In this document: piece after piece, positions 1-8,120 of the stretch
How the letters are laid out: each line of letters begins with the position of its first letter
Position numbering within the stretch: the first letter of the stretch is position 1
Origin: a virus
Taxonomy: Duplodnaviria > Caudoviricetes
IMG/VR virus record: IMGVR_UViG_3300029288_000079
Location: 1-64,000 of that record
Length of the DNA stretch: 64,000 bases
Reading direction: 5' to 3' (one strand)
Notes under the pieces: model-generated
Seen by the model: the letters and a program-made list of their open reading frames with translations, nothing else
What the model was told of the DNA's origin: nothing
Database searches by the model: none
Program-made: the position numbers and the translations under genes

Positions 1-260
1 CCATACACACCATCTTTCTGCAATCTTATTCCACTAGGTAATCTTTTGTTTTCTGCAATAACGTCTTTCCATATGTTGCTAGCTACTTTTTCTGCTAAGT
101 CCATTTTATCAATACATCCATCACATAATGATGTATGCTTATCAGGAAGATCGTTGTATTCCCTTCTAGTAAAATATTCTTTAATTTCACAACCCGTACA
201 ATATAAAATATACCTACCATCTATATCTATAAAACCTGCAAACATACCTTGATTAAACAT
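1..260 (-). CDS. hypothetical protein with two CxxC motifs (runs off window start)
   Basis: Manual translation from ATG at 260: MFNQGMFAGFIDIDGRYILYCTGCEIKEY...SLCDGCIDK..., open to position 1. Confidence 0.55.
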   Translation of the reverse strand, partial: MFNQGMFAGFIDIDGRYILYCTGCEIKEYFTRREYNDLPDKHTSLCDGCIDKMDLAEKVASNIWKDVIAENKRLPSGIRLQKDGVY

Positions 261-279
261 TGGTGATACCCCTAATTTT

Positions 280-465
280 CTACTTAATCCACTCATCTAA
301 CCCTGCTTTAATACAGCCCTCTACACTACTGTTATCTTTACATAAAGCAGATTTAATAGCAAAAAGTACAACCTCTGACTCTAAATTATACTTCTTGGCC
401 TTTTCTAAAGTTACTGAGACAATTTCCAACTCTCTGATAATATCTGCTGATTGATTTACTAACAT
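280..465 (-). CDS. hypothetical protein
   Basis: 61-aa ORF with GAGGTG RBS upstream. Confidence 0.55.
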   Translation of the reverse strand: MLVNQSADIIRELEIVSVTLEKAKKYNLESEVVLFAIKSALCKDNSSVEGCIKAGLDEWIK

Positions 466-493
466 ACATTCACCTCATATTTATAATAATATG

Positions 494-947
494 TGGAGCT
501 GCCGAGATTCGAACTCGGGTCTTATAGATAAATCACCTAGACGACTACAAGTTTATTCTGTTTAAAACTTCTTTTGCCGCTATACTACAGACAAATTCGG
601 ACAATATAGATGATCTTTAATAACTATCAGAATCATCAAACTGATTTCCGCAACCTCCACCACCTGACTTTAAGGATCCTTAGACAAAGCTTATTATTAT
701 CAGATTCATTCGTCTGTTTATTTATAAGTCTCCGGTCGTGCTTACCGTCTCTAAGAATTATCAAGACCTTTGCTTGTTTAGGCTCCCTTAGGCTTCAACA
801 AGCTCTTCACCAGCAAGAACTAAACTACCATCCTCACTAACGAATGATGTCGATTTTTGATCGGCATTTTTAGTTTTCTAACTTTTAAAGAGTCAGCAAC
901 TTACTTGCCCTCTAGACTTTCATCTATAATCGATACCTTTCAGCCCC
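494..947 (-). ncRNA. ssrA: tmRNA
   Basis: 5' GGGGCTGAAAGGTATCGA; 3' GACCCGAGTTCGAATCTCGGCAGCTCCA; acceptor stem with G3-U70 and A discriminator; T-arm; internal tag frame 865..788 after TAAAAAT-GCC resume context. Confidence 0.93.
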
Positions 948-954
948 ATTTTTC

Positions 955-962
955 AAAGAACA
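955..962 (-). promoter_or_regulatory. boxA-like motif TGTTCTTT(GAAAA) upstream of tmRNA
   Basis: Resembles rrn boxA consensus; one of four copies. Confidence 0.6.
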
Positions 963-967
963 AATAT

Positions 968-1140
968 GATTTACAGGTAATCCAATTACTCTTATGTTCA
1001 GTTATTCCCTCACATAAGACCCACGACGAAATCCTATAGGTATGGACATGGGGGCAGATTTAATCTGCAGAGTGTCTTAGCACTTGATTCTGCAAATAAC
1101 GATTTCGTCACCATGACTCTAAGCAGCCTGCCTGTAAACC
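968..1140 (-). ncRNA. structured ncRNA, about 173 nt, possibly 6S-like
   Basis: Closing stem GGTTTACAGG/CCTGTAAATC; inner stem GACGAAATC/GATTTCGTC; hairpin CTTATGT/ACATAAG; no minus-strand ORF. Confidence 0.55.
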
Positions 1141-1148
1141 AAATTTTA

Positions 1149-1156
1149 AAAGAACA
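1149..1156 (-). promoter_or_regulatory. boxA-like motif TGTTCTTT
   Basis: Identical octamer just upstream of the 968-1140 RNA. Confidence 0.55.
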
Positions 1157-1166
1157 TTAAAAACTT

Positions 1167-1432
1167 TGCAACCACTAGCAGGCTTCGAACCTGCAACATT
1201 CGATGATTCATGTAGGTGTGTTTTATTGGTTACACAAATCTATATATGGCATCGAACTTGCCAATATTATCAAATATATCTTCGCTTTCTGGAGGTTCAA
1301 ATGACCCAATTTACGTGGAAGATCACACAATGCTTATCGAAACATCACCTATCGACAGTTCACTGATTAATACTACCCCAGGATTGCTACTTTGATATAT
1401 CTTAAGCGTCTACCTGTTTCGCCATAGTGATC
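1167..1432 (-). ncRNA. tRNA-like RNA with about 200-nt structured insertion in place of the anticodon arm
   Basis: Acceptor (G)ATCACTA/TAGTGGT(T); D-arm GCG-AAACAGGTAGA-CGC; T-arm GCAGG-TTCGAAG-CCTGC; no anticodon stem. Confidence 0.7.
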
Positions 1433-1434
1433 AC

Positions 1435-1442
1435 AAAGAACA
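1435..1442 (-). promoter_or_regulatory. boxA-like motif TGTTCTTT
   Basis: Identical octamer 2 nt upstream of the tRNA-like RNA. Confidence 0.55.
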
Positions 1443-1455
1443 AATAAAATTAAAG

Positions 1456-1624
1456 TCCTTTACAATACTGTTGGTATCTCTTTAGTTGTACCAATTTCAG
1501 GGGCTCAACCTGCGTCTGCTTTTGACTAAGTATCTTGAGCCTGCCTAGTCATTATCAGCAAAATAATTCCAATCACTATAGCCGAGAAAATATTTCTTTC
1601 CTTATTTATTCAGTATTATAAAGA
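1456..1624 (-). ncRNA. structured ncRNA with predicted kissing loop
   Basis: Closing stem TCTTTATAATACTG/CAGTATTGTAAAGGA; stems TGACTAGG/CTTAGTCA, CAGG/CCTG, TTGGTA/TACCAA; complementary loops GGCTCAA and TTGAGCC. Confidence 0.6.
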
Positions 1625-1627
1625 ACA
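1620..1627 (-). promoter_or_regulatory. boxA-like motif TGTTCTTT
   Basis: Identical octamer at the 5' end of the 1456-1624 RNA. Confidence 0.5.
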
Positions 1628-1672
1628 GGCACCGTTTATTGGGTTAGAGGCCCACATCACAGTTTACTTAAA

Positions 1673-1963
1673 TTAGACAGATTCACCCAATAACTTTTCA
1701 ACAAACTTTTTCAATCTTTCAAGTTTCTCCTCACAATCAACCATTGTTCCACCATTAAATAAATGTGTTATTTTAATAATCTGGTTTTGTATAATTCCTA
1801 ATTCTGATCTTCTCTTATTCAAGTTGTCAGTATCAGTCAAAGTTAAATACTGGTTTAAGTAATCTTCCATCGCTTCGATTACTAAATTACTATGCGCTTC
1901 AACATGACAATCATCTTCGATCAGTAAATGTCTTCTTTTTAAAATTTTAAATGCTAATTCCAT
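1673..1963 (-). CDS. hypothetical protein
   Basis: 96-aa ORF in the minus-strand gene run. Confidence 0.6.
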   Translation of the reverse strand: MELAFKILKRRHLLIEDDCHVEAHSNLVIEAMEDYLNQYLTLTDTDNLNKRRSELGIIQNQIIKITHLFNGGTMVDCEEKLERLKKFVEKLLGESV

Positions 1964-2007
1964 ACTTATTTTCTTTTATTTGTGCCCTGCACTATAACAA
2001 CTACCTA

Positions 2008-2193
2008 TTATACACATCCCCCAGTATAATCATTAGAATCTACAATATCCAAAATAAAATTATATAATTTTATTAACCAACATAATGGATTACACCATAA
2101 ATGATATACTTTAAATGCCCTTGAGGTCCAAAATAATCTATTGCATCTTCTACAATTATTATGATGCAATATCGGGTGATTATACCACATCAT
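2008..2193 (-). CDS. small Cys/His-rich hypothetical protein
   Basis: 61-aa ORF overlapping the next gene end; CRRC and CNPLC motifs. Confidence 0.45.
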   Translation of the reverse strand: MMWYNHPILHHNNCRRCNRLFWTSRAFKVYHLWCNPLCWLIKLYNFILDIVDSNDYTGGCV

Positions 2194-2386
2194 AAACCCT
2201 TTCTAAATTACAATATTTTCTTAGTTCGGCTAATGCTTTTCCACCTGAATACTTTAAAATTTTTCTAAATTTTGCTACTTGAACAGGTATGATATGTCCT
2301 TCATAACGTTTACCATTAATAGTAATTTTTATTACATCTGGCGAACGTTGAAAAGATACATATTTCACATCAATAATATCCGACAT
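2180..2386 (-). CDS. hypothetical protein
   Basis: 68-aa ORF, tightly packed. Confidence 0.6.
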   Translation of the reverse strand: MSDIIDVKYVSFQRSPDVIKITINGKRYEGHIIPVQVAKFRKILKYSGGKALAELRKYCNLERVYDVV

Positions 2387-2395
2387 ATAAATACC

Positions 2396-2635
2396 TTATA
2401 TAAGTTGTGCAACTCTAGTAATACCTACTACATGGACGGCCACAGCTCTCTCACCTACTCCTATAAGTTGCTGGAGAGTAGTTAATTCAAATTTATTTAG
2501 ATCTGTCTGAGTTATTGGTAAATCTGACTCTATGGACTGAGTACAAATTGGATTTTCCTCTTGAAACAAAATATTCTTTCTAAAAGCTACTATATATTTA
2601 CTCATTGTAAGATCCTTTATAATTAGTCTTACCAT
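2396..2635 (-). CDS. hypothetical protein
   Basis: 79-aa ORF, tightly packed. Confidence 0.55.
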   Translation of the reverse strand: MVRLIIKDLTMSKYIVAFRKNILFQEENPICTQSIESDLPITQTDLNKFELTTLQQLIGVGERAVAVHVVGITRVAQLI

Positions 2636-2648
2636 CTCATATAATTAA

Positions 2649-3368
2649 TTATGTATTTGTCAATTCTCGAATCTTGCTGACATTGCTTTCTCTATAAACA
2701 AGATACTGCTTTTCAGCAAAAGAAGCAAGCTTCTCACTATGTGTTATAAGTACAATTTGACGATTAAACCTCTCAGATAAGGAAGCTAATAACTTACCTA
2801 ATCTTTCCGTATAAAAATCTCCGACAGCACTGCTTGGTTCATCCAAGAATATTGGTCCCTGAATCTTAAGAAATTCAGCCATAACGAGTCTCAAAACTAA
2901 AGCTATTACCTGATTTATGGCACCCCCATACATAAAATTAATATCCTTATGTTCCTTTACTAGATCCTGTAACTGTCTTTCGTACTTTACAGGCTCTTCT
3001 AAATACATATGAAACTTATCTTCATCTTCTTTGCTTCTTAAAATGAAAAAGTCAACTTCTATCTGATTACGTCTAGTTACAAATTCTATACAAAATCTAA
3101 GATCTTGCTCAAATACATAATGCAACGCTTCTGTTACGATGGGTGAGAGATACTCCATGATCCCACGCTCTGTTCCTAACACTAATGTACTAAGCAGAGT
3201 ATGAACCTCCTCTAATAGCTTCTGTCTATCTGTAATCTCTTTATACTTTAGCTGTAATGTTGCTATGTTCTGATTCAGCATATCAGCAACACCCTTCTGC
3301 TGCATAAGCTCAGAATGAATATTTTTTATTCTATCATTCACAGGAAATCCAATTGTTTTTAACCACAT
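2649..3368 (-). CDS. SbcC/Rad50-like ATPase, C-terminal half
   Basis: Coiled coil followed by signature-like YGGA, Walker B IFLDEP and H-loop LITH; no Walker A; true start may be the GTG near 3341. Confidence 0.85.
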   Translation of the reverse strand: MWLKTIGFPVNDRIKNIHSELMQQKGVADMLNQNIATLQLKYKEITDRQKLLEEVHTLLSTLVLGTERGIMEYLSPIVTEALHYVFEQDLRFCIEFVTRRNQIEVDFFILRSKEDEDKFHMYLEEPVKYERQLQDLVKEHKDINFMYGGAINQVIALVLRLVMAEFLKIQGPIFLDEPSSAVGDFYTERLGKLLASLSERFNRQIVLITHSEKLASFAEKQYLVYRESNVSKIRELTNT

Positions 3369-3942
3369 TCAAAATGTTATTCTTTAAATCCTCTATAGAT
3401 CCATCATTAATTATGACAACATCTACTAAATCCATGTCTATAGGTACTTCACTAGCATGTTTCATGTTGCCAGTACCGTTGCGAGTTAATCTAATAACAA
3501 ACCCTTTTCTATCTTTAATAGCCTTGGCTTCATTATCGAACCTTACGTCTGTAATAACAAATAACATATTATTATCATCAGGTACATTTTTAAACAACTG
3601 TTCTACCCAAAAATCTTTCCCAAATATATTACGATGAGCTTCTGTGCCATAACGTTGAAGGAAAGTTCTCATTGTAAAAGGTTCTACCATTATATCATCG
3701 TCTGGATAACAATAATCAATAGGTCCTCCCCAATCTTCATCTAAAATTAATCTAAACTTAACACTATCGAAAATTTTCAAGCCCTCTAACTGCTCCCTAC
3801 TAATATTTAATAAAGTACAGGCCGAATCTTTTAACTTATCTGCAAAGCTAAATCTTTGACACTTATTACCAAATATATCTTTAAGAATACCATACACAGT
3901 ATCTTTACCTGACTGAGCCGGGCCCGTAATCCCTATCCACAT
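3334..3942 (-). CDS. deoxynucleoside monophosphate kinase (T4 gp1-like)
   Basis: GITGPAQSGKDT P-loop, FADKLK, RTFLQRYGTE, ITDVRFDNE, HASE motifs. Confidence 0.9.
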   Translation of the reverse strand: MWIGITGPAQSGKDTVYGILKDIFGNKCQRFSFADKLKDSACTLLNISREQLEGLKIFDSVKFRLILDEDWGGPIDYCYPDDDIMVEPFTMRTFLQRYGTEAHRNIFGKDFWVEQLFKNVPDDNNMLFVITDVRFDNEAKAIKDRKGFVIRLTRNGTGNMKHASEVPIDMDLVDVVIINDGSIEDLKNNILNVVKNNWISCE

Positions 3943-3943
3943 A

Positions 3944-4216
3944 TCAAACTCCTTTCAATTCCTTGAGCTTAGCTTCTATATCTGTAACTTCCTTCTCTAT
4001 ACCTCGCTGCAATTCATCTCTGGTATTTGTCAGTTCTTGAAGAGTCTCATTCAAATTATCAGTAGAAACTCCCGCATCTCTAAGACCTTGGATTTTTTGG
4101 TCATATGTCTGTTTCAAAACATCTCTTCTAGCTATTGCACTATCTTTCTCTTTAGATAGCTTTTCAATTCTACTTTTTAAATTCAATAAGTCATTTGTAT
4201 TTTCTGCAGTTGACAT
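3944..4216 (-). CDS. coiled-coil protein, possible middle piece of the split Rad50
   Basis: 90 aa with heptad pattern, located between the two SbcC halves. Confidence 0.6.
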   Translation of the reverse strand: MSTAENTNDLLNLKSRIEKLSKEKDSAIARRDVLKQTYDQKIQGLRDAGVSTDNLNETLQELTNTRDELQRGIEKEVTDIEAKLKELKGV

Positions 4217-4257
4217 AATATATCTCCTTGTTCATAGATAATATATAAAATTTTATA

Positions 4258-4491
4258 TTAAGAAACAACAACATCTTCTTGTAAAGATTCTACTACAATA
4301 GACCCACATATAGGACAAGTTTCTACAGGTTTTTCTTTACCCTCATTACCTGCAACTACATATTCATCACTTTCAAATAATACTCCACAACCTGATTTCA
4401 TGCAGGTAAATTGCACAGTTGGAAGCTTATCAAAGTCAATCCCGTTCTTACACAATATTGATTTCATTTTATACCACCTTCTCAACAACAA
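4258..4491 (-). CDS. zinc-ribbon protein
   Basis: CMKSGC and CPIC motifs. Confidence 0.6.
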   Translation of the reverse strand: MLLRRWYKMKSILCKNGIDFDKLPTVQFTCMKSGCGVLFESDEYVVAGNEGKEKPVETCPICGSIVVESLQEDVVVS

Positions 4492-4717
4492 TAACTCTCT
4501 CTATCCCAATTTCAGGTATAAGTATTGTTACTAATGATTTACCGTCTTCTGCTATTTTTTTTATGCATAACCATCCATTATCAGTATTGTATCCTAAACA
4601 TTCTATGGTTTCTACAGTCTCCATTTTATATCTATATATTTTTAAGATAAATACTAGTTTATTTTTAATACTTCCTGCAATTGTTAACTTATCATCATTC
4701 ATGTTTAGACCTTTCAA
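4469..4717 (-). CDS. hypothetical protein
   Basis: 82-aa ORF overlapping its neighbours. Confidence 0.55.
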   Translation of the reverse strand: MKGLNMNDDKLTIAGSIKNKLVFILKIYRYKMETVETIECLGYNTDNGWLCIKKIAEDGKSLVTILIPEIGIERVIVVEKVV

Positions 4718-5681
4718 TTAATTTAAACGCCTCTTCAATTACTAAACTACCATATCCAAGCTTCTCTGCTATTAATGGTACCTGTTGCTTCAAATCAACT
4801 GCTTCTACACTTGTTTTACGAACCATTTGAATAAATCTAGCCACATCTTGAACCTGTATATTATCTTTTTTTTCAACCTTTTCATTAAAAGGATGATCTA
4901 AAGATGGTACATCAATTAATTCTATACTTGCATCATAGGGCATAGGATTATTATTGCATGTTATAGTCAAAATAGCTACTCTAGGAGTTCTCTGCACACC
5001 TGTATTCTCTAACCTACCTATAGATCCGGGATTACAAAATGCTACCTTATTTGGCAACTGTATTACACCCCAACCATGGTGAATATGGCCACAAAAAACT
5101 ATTTGAGCTTTAGTATTTAGATCTGATGCTAGTATATGAGGATAGGGTACAGATTTCATTACTACAGATCCATGTATAACTTGGATAACAGTTTCAGGAT
5201 AGCTGCTTGGTAATTCCAATTCCTTAGGATTTTGTTCCATCCAATAAGTATGATTATTAAATACTACTTTTGCAGATGGGTACTGCTGGCTTATTTTATT
5301 GATTCTCAGTGTTACTTCATTGGATTCACCCTCTAACCCCATAACTCTAACTACGCCTGCACAATGAAGTATACCTAAAGCAGTTCTATCGAAGCTACGT
5401 AATTGATACCCAAAGTAATCATGACTTCCAATAGCACTATAAATATTAATTCCCCAACTCTTCAAAATATCCATCATTTCATAAAGAACACTATTTGGAG
5501 GTTCCGGACTATCAAATAGATCTGCACCACATATAACATAATCTACATGATTCTGCTTCCATATGTCTCCAATAGCTCGCATTTTATTAAATATAGATTC
5601 CCTAAAATTATCAGTCCTGCCTTCAGGAGATGTAGCTCTGGCATGAACATCTGTAAAGAATCCTATCTTCATTTCAGTCAT
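4695..5681 (-). CDS. SbcD/Mre11-like metallophosphoesterase nuclease
   Basis: TDVH, GADLFD, GSHD, GHIH, NPGS motifs. Confidence 0.9.
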   Translation of the reverse strand: MTEMKIGFFTDVHARATSPEGRTDNFRESIFNKMRAIGDIWKQNHVDYVICGADLFDSPEPPNSVLYEMMDILKSWGINIYSAIGSHDYFGYQLRSFDRTALGILHCAGVVRVMGLEGESNEVTLRINKISQQYPSAKVVFNNHTYWMEQNPKELELPSSYPETVIQVIHGSVVMKSVPYPHILASDLNTKAQIVFCGHIHHGWGVIQLPNKVAFCNPGSIGRLENTGVQRTPRVAILTITCNNNPMPYDASIELIDVPSLDHPFNEKVEKKDNIQVQDVARFIQMVRKTSVEAVDLKQQVPLIAEKLGYGSLVIEEAFKLIERSKHE

Positions 5682-5881
5682 ATCTTATACCTTTTTCTAT
5701 AATATAAGTTAGCACTACTTTTCACTGTAATCCAACTTTTTATTACATGAACACTCATAAAAGCACCAAAATAATTTTTATTTTTCTCACATTCTTGTAA
5801 ATTTTCTGTCTCTATTTTTATAAGTTCATTACATAGTTTTTCAATAACTTCAACTTGATTTTTTGTTATTAACCTCCTCAT
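5678..5881 (-). CDS. hypothetical protein
   Basis: 67-aa ORF with ATGA overlap to the next gene. Confidence 0.55.
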   Translation of the reverse strand: MRRLITKNQVEVIEKLCNELIKIETENLQECEKNKNYFGAFMSVHVIKSWITVKSSANLYYRKRYKI

Positions 5882-5895
5882 ATTCAGTTATCCTT

Positions 5896-7095
5896 CTATT
5901 GATCAAACGGTCTATCACATATAGGACAAATACCTAAATCATCTTTTAACTTATTAAATTTTTTCTCACTCAAATCCAGATTAGCCTCAACTTCACCAAT
6001 TTTATGCTGAATTTCGTTTAAATCTTCAGATAATTTCTCAAGCTCACCCATCTTTACTACCAATCGCCTTACTCCATCCTCAGCACTCTCTACATTCTTG
6101 ATATTAGGTATATTTATTTCACTTATTTTATATAACCTATCTAAATTTAGTTTTATACTTATAGTTGATTCCACTGAGGATATATTTTTATTAATAGCTT
6201 CTATATTATCCATATTAGAAACCTCTATAGCAGATATCTTATCTGCTGACTCTATTTGCCTCTTAATATCTATGCAGTATACTATAGAATCTATAAGACC
6301 ATTAATACGACTTATCTCCTCGTATGCTGTATAAATATCTATGTCCAATAACTTTATCTTATTACTTACAGATGTAGCTTCTGAAATAATATCAATAAGA
6401 TCATTTTTAATTATAATAAAATTATCAATCTTCCTATCAGCATCATCTTGTTTTTCCTGTAAACTATCCACCCAAACTAGTTGTTTAATTAACTCAGGAA
6501 TAGTCTCATACCTGGCAAGCTTCTCCTCATTTTGTTTGATATCAGCAACATTCTGATCAATGTCCCTATTTATAGATTTTAACTCAGCAGAAGCCATCTG
6601 TACGGCTCGTTCAGCGTAGTCTACTCCACTAACTCTACCAATTACCTTCCCCCGAATTGAAGCTAAACCATCCCCAGATATCAAAAATAAAGGATCCAAT
6701 TGATGTTGAAAATTTATATCAAACTCCACATCACCAAATTTCTGTAGAGAAGATACTTCTAACTTATTTAATACTTCAATAGGGATTCCAGTTTTTCCAA
6801 ACTTTGTAAATTGAACACCATCAACTCTATAAACATTACTATCACTGGATTTATCATTACGAACTATACGCTCAATAACTCCTAAATCTGTAGTAATCTC
6901 TACACTAGAATATTTCTGTTTTTCTCTTATAAATAATATTCCATCGGGGTAATCCCTTAAAATTTTTCGGCAAGCACGAAATATAGCACTTTTCCCATGA
7001 TTATTCAACCCCACAATAGCAGTAACATGGGGTGAGAATTCTAGCATAGTGTCAGAATGTGACTGAAAATTCTGTATACGAATACTTCTTAGCAT
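5896..7095 (-). CDS. SbcC/Rad50-like ATPase, N-terminal half ending at the zinc hook
   Basis: IRIQNFQSH, Walker A GLNNHGKS, Q-loop FQHQ, coiled coil, terminal CPICDRP. Confidence 0.9.
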   Translation of the reverse strand: MLRSIRIQNFQSHSDTMLEFSPHVTAIVGLNNHGKSAIFRACRKILRDYPDGILFIREKQKYSSVEITTDLGVIERIVRNDKSSDSNVYRVDGVQFTKFGKTGIPIEVLNKLEVSSLQKFGDVEFDINFQHQLDPLFLISGDGLASIRGKVIGRVSGVDYAERAVQMASAELKSINRDIDQNVADIKQNEEKLARYETIPELIKQLVWVDSLQEKQDDADRKIDNFIIIKNDLIDIISEATSVSNKIKLLDIDIYTAYEEISRINGLIDSIVYCIDIKRQIESADKISAIEVSNMDNIEAINKNISSVESTISIKLNLDRLYKISEINIPNIKNVESAEDGVRRLVVKMGELEKLSEDLNEIQHKIGEVEANLDLSEKKFNKLKDDLGICPICDRPFDQ

Positions 7096-7106
7096 CAGCT
7101 ACCTTT

Positions 7107-7859
7107 CTAGCAATCAATCGCTTTCGGAAGTTCAGGTTTACTAATATCAAATTTTTTAATAACCTTTGCAATCTGCTCAAAAGTAAGATCACAATGATCG
7201 TCAGTCCAGTCCGTTATAAAATACCATCTATCTGATTGACTCAATATCCCAAATGCAACAGGATCTTTTGTCTTTTGCTTTTCCTCAGGGCTCATTTTTT
7301 CCAAGTCTCTTTGGTCTGGATTATAATAATGAAGTATTACAATATCATCAAAATAAGGACGTATTGCCTGAATCTTTTTCAAAGAATTTTTAGGTATAAC
7401 TCGCACATAATCCTGAAGTTTTGTATCAGATATATGGCCTCCTTTTATATTATTCTTATGCTTCCACAATTCCTCACGAGTTATAAAAAATCGAATACTC
7501 TTTGCATACAAAACACATTCTCTAGTCTCACGAATAAGATCCCTCATGAATCTCTCACCTAATAGCATCTGACCCTGATTAGTTGCCACATCAAATGAAG
7601 CTTGTAAATCCCTTATTCTAGTATTCAATCTTTTCTTTTCTAACGCCTTAAATTTTTTCTTTATATAAGTAAAATATAATAAAGGGTGTATTTTTCCATC
7701 AGGTAATGGTTTACTACCACAATCTGATAGACCAACTTGCATATTAATAACTTGACTAGAATCAGTATAGTAAAGATTACCTGCCGAGTTTCCAACACCC
7801 ATTGTCGTAACCGAGCATGGTGACTCTACATCTCCACTCAAATATCTTGAAAGTGCCAT
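7107..7859 (-). CDS. hypothetical phage protein
   Basis: 250-aa ORF with AAGGAG RBS; KDPVAFG and WYFITDW near the C-terminus. Confidence 0.7.
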   Translation of the reverse strand: MALSRYLSGDVESPCSVTTMGVGNSAGNLYYTDSSQVINMQVGLSDCGSKPLPDGKIHPLLYFTYIKKKFKALEKKRLNTRIRDLQASFDVATNQGQMLLGERFMRDLIRETRECVLYAKSIRFFITREELWKHKNNIKGGHISDTKLQDYVRVIPKNSLKKIQAIRPYFDDIVILHYYNPDQRDLEKMSPEEKQKTKDPVAFGILSQSDRWYFITDWTDDHCDLTFEQIAKVIKKFDISKPELPKAIDC

Positions 7860-7885
7860 AATAACTCCTTTAAAATTAATAAAAA

Positions 7886-8110
7886 TTATTTACTATTTCT
7901 CATCCACTGGTCTAATTGGTAGGCTAAATGGTCTGGTACTTTTTCCATTTTTGAGTCTTTTGTTACCTTTTTAGGAACTTCAAACCATCTCCAAAAATTT
8001 TGACCTCCAATTTGAACAGAAACAAACTTATACTGCTTTAATCCACAAAATGAGTGACATACAATTATAGTTCTACCTAAATGATCCTTTGTCTTCTTAT
8101 AAAATTTCAT
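7886..8110 (-). CDS. hypothetical protein
   Basis: 74-aa ORF. Confidence 0.55.
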   Translation of the reverse strand: MKFYKKTKDHLGRTIIVCHSFCGLKQYKFVSVQIGGQNFWRWFEVPKKVTKDSKMEKVPDHLAYQLDQWMRNSK

Positions 8111-8120
8111 TCACATACCC

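Noticed and set aside
1200-1400. Group I intron in a tRNA
   Set aside because: GAAGATATA resembles the S element, but I could not find matching P7, P, Q or R elements or rebuild an anticodon stem. Left open for a covariance-model search
1628-1665. Possible HDV-like (theta) ribozyme next to the RNA operon
   Set aside because: Only a short TGGG/CCCA hairpin is visible and the nested double pseudoknot could not be built
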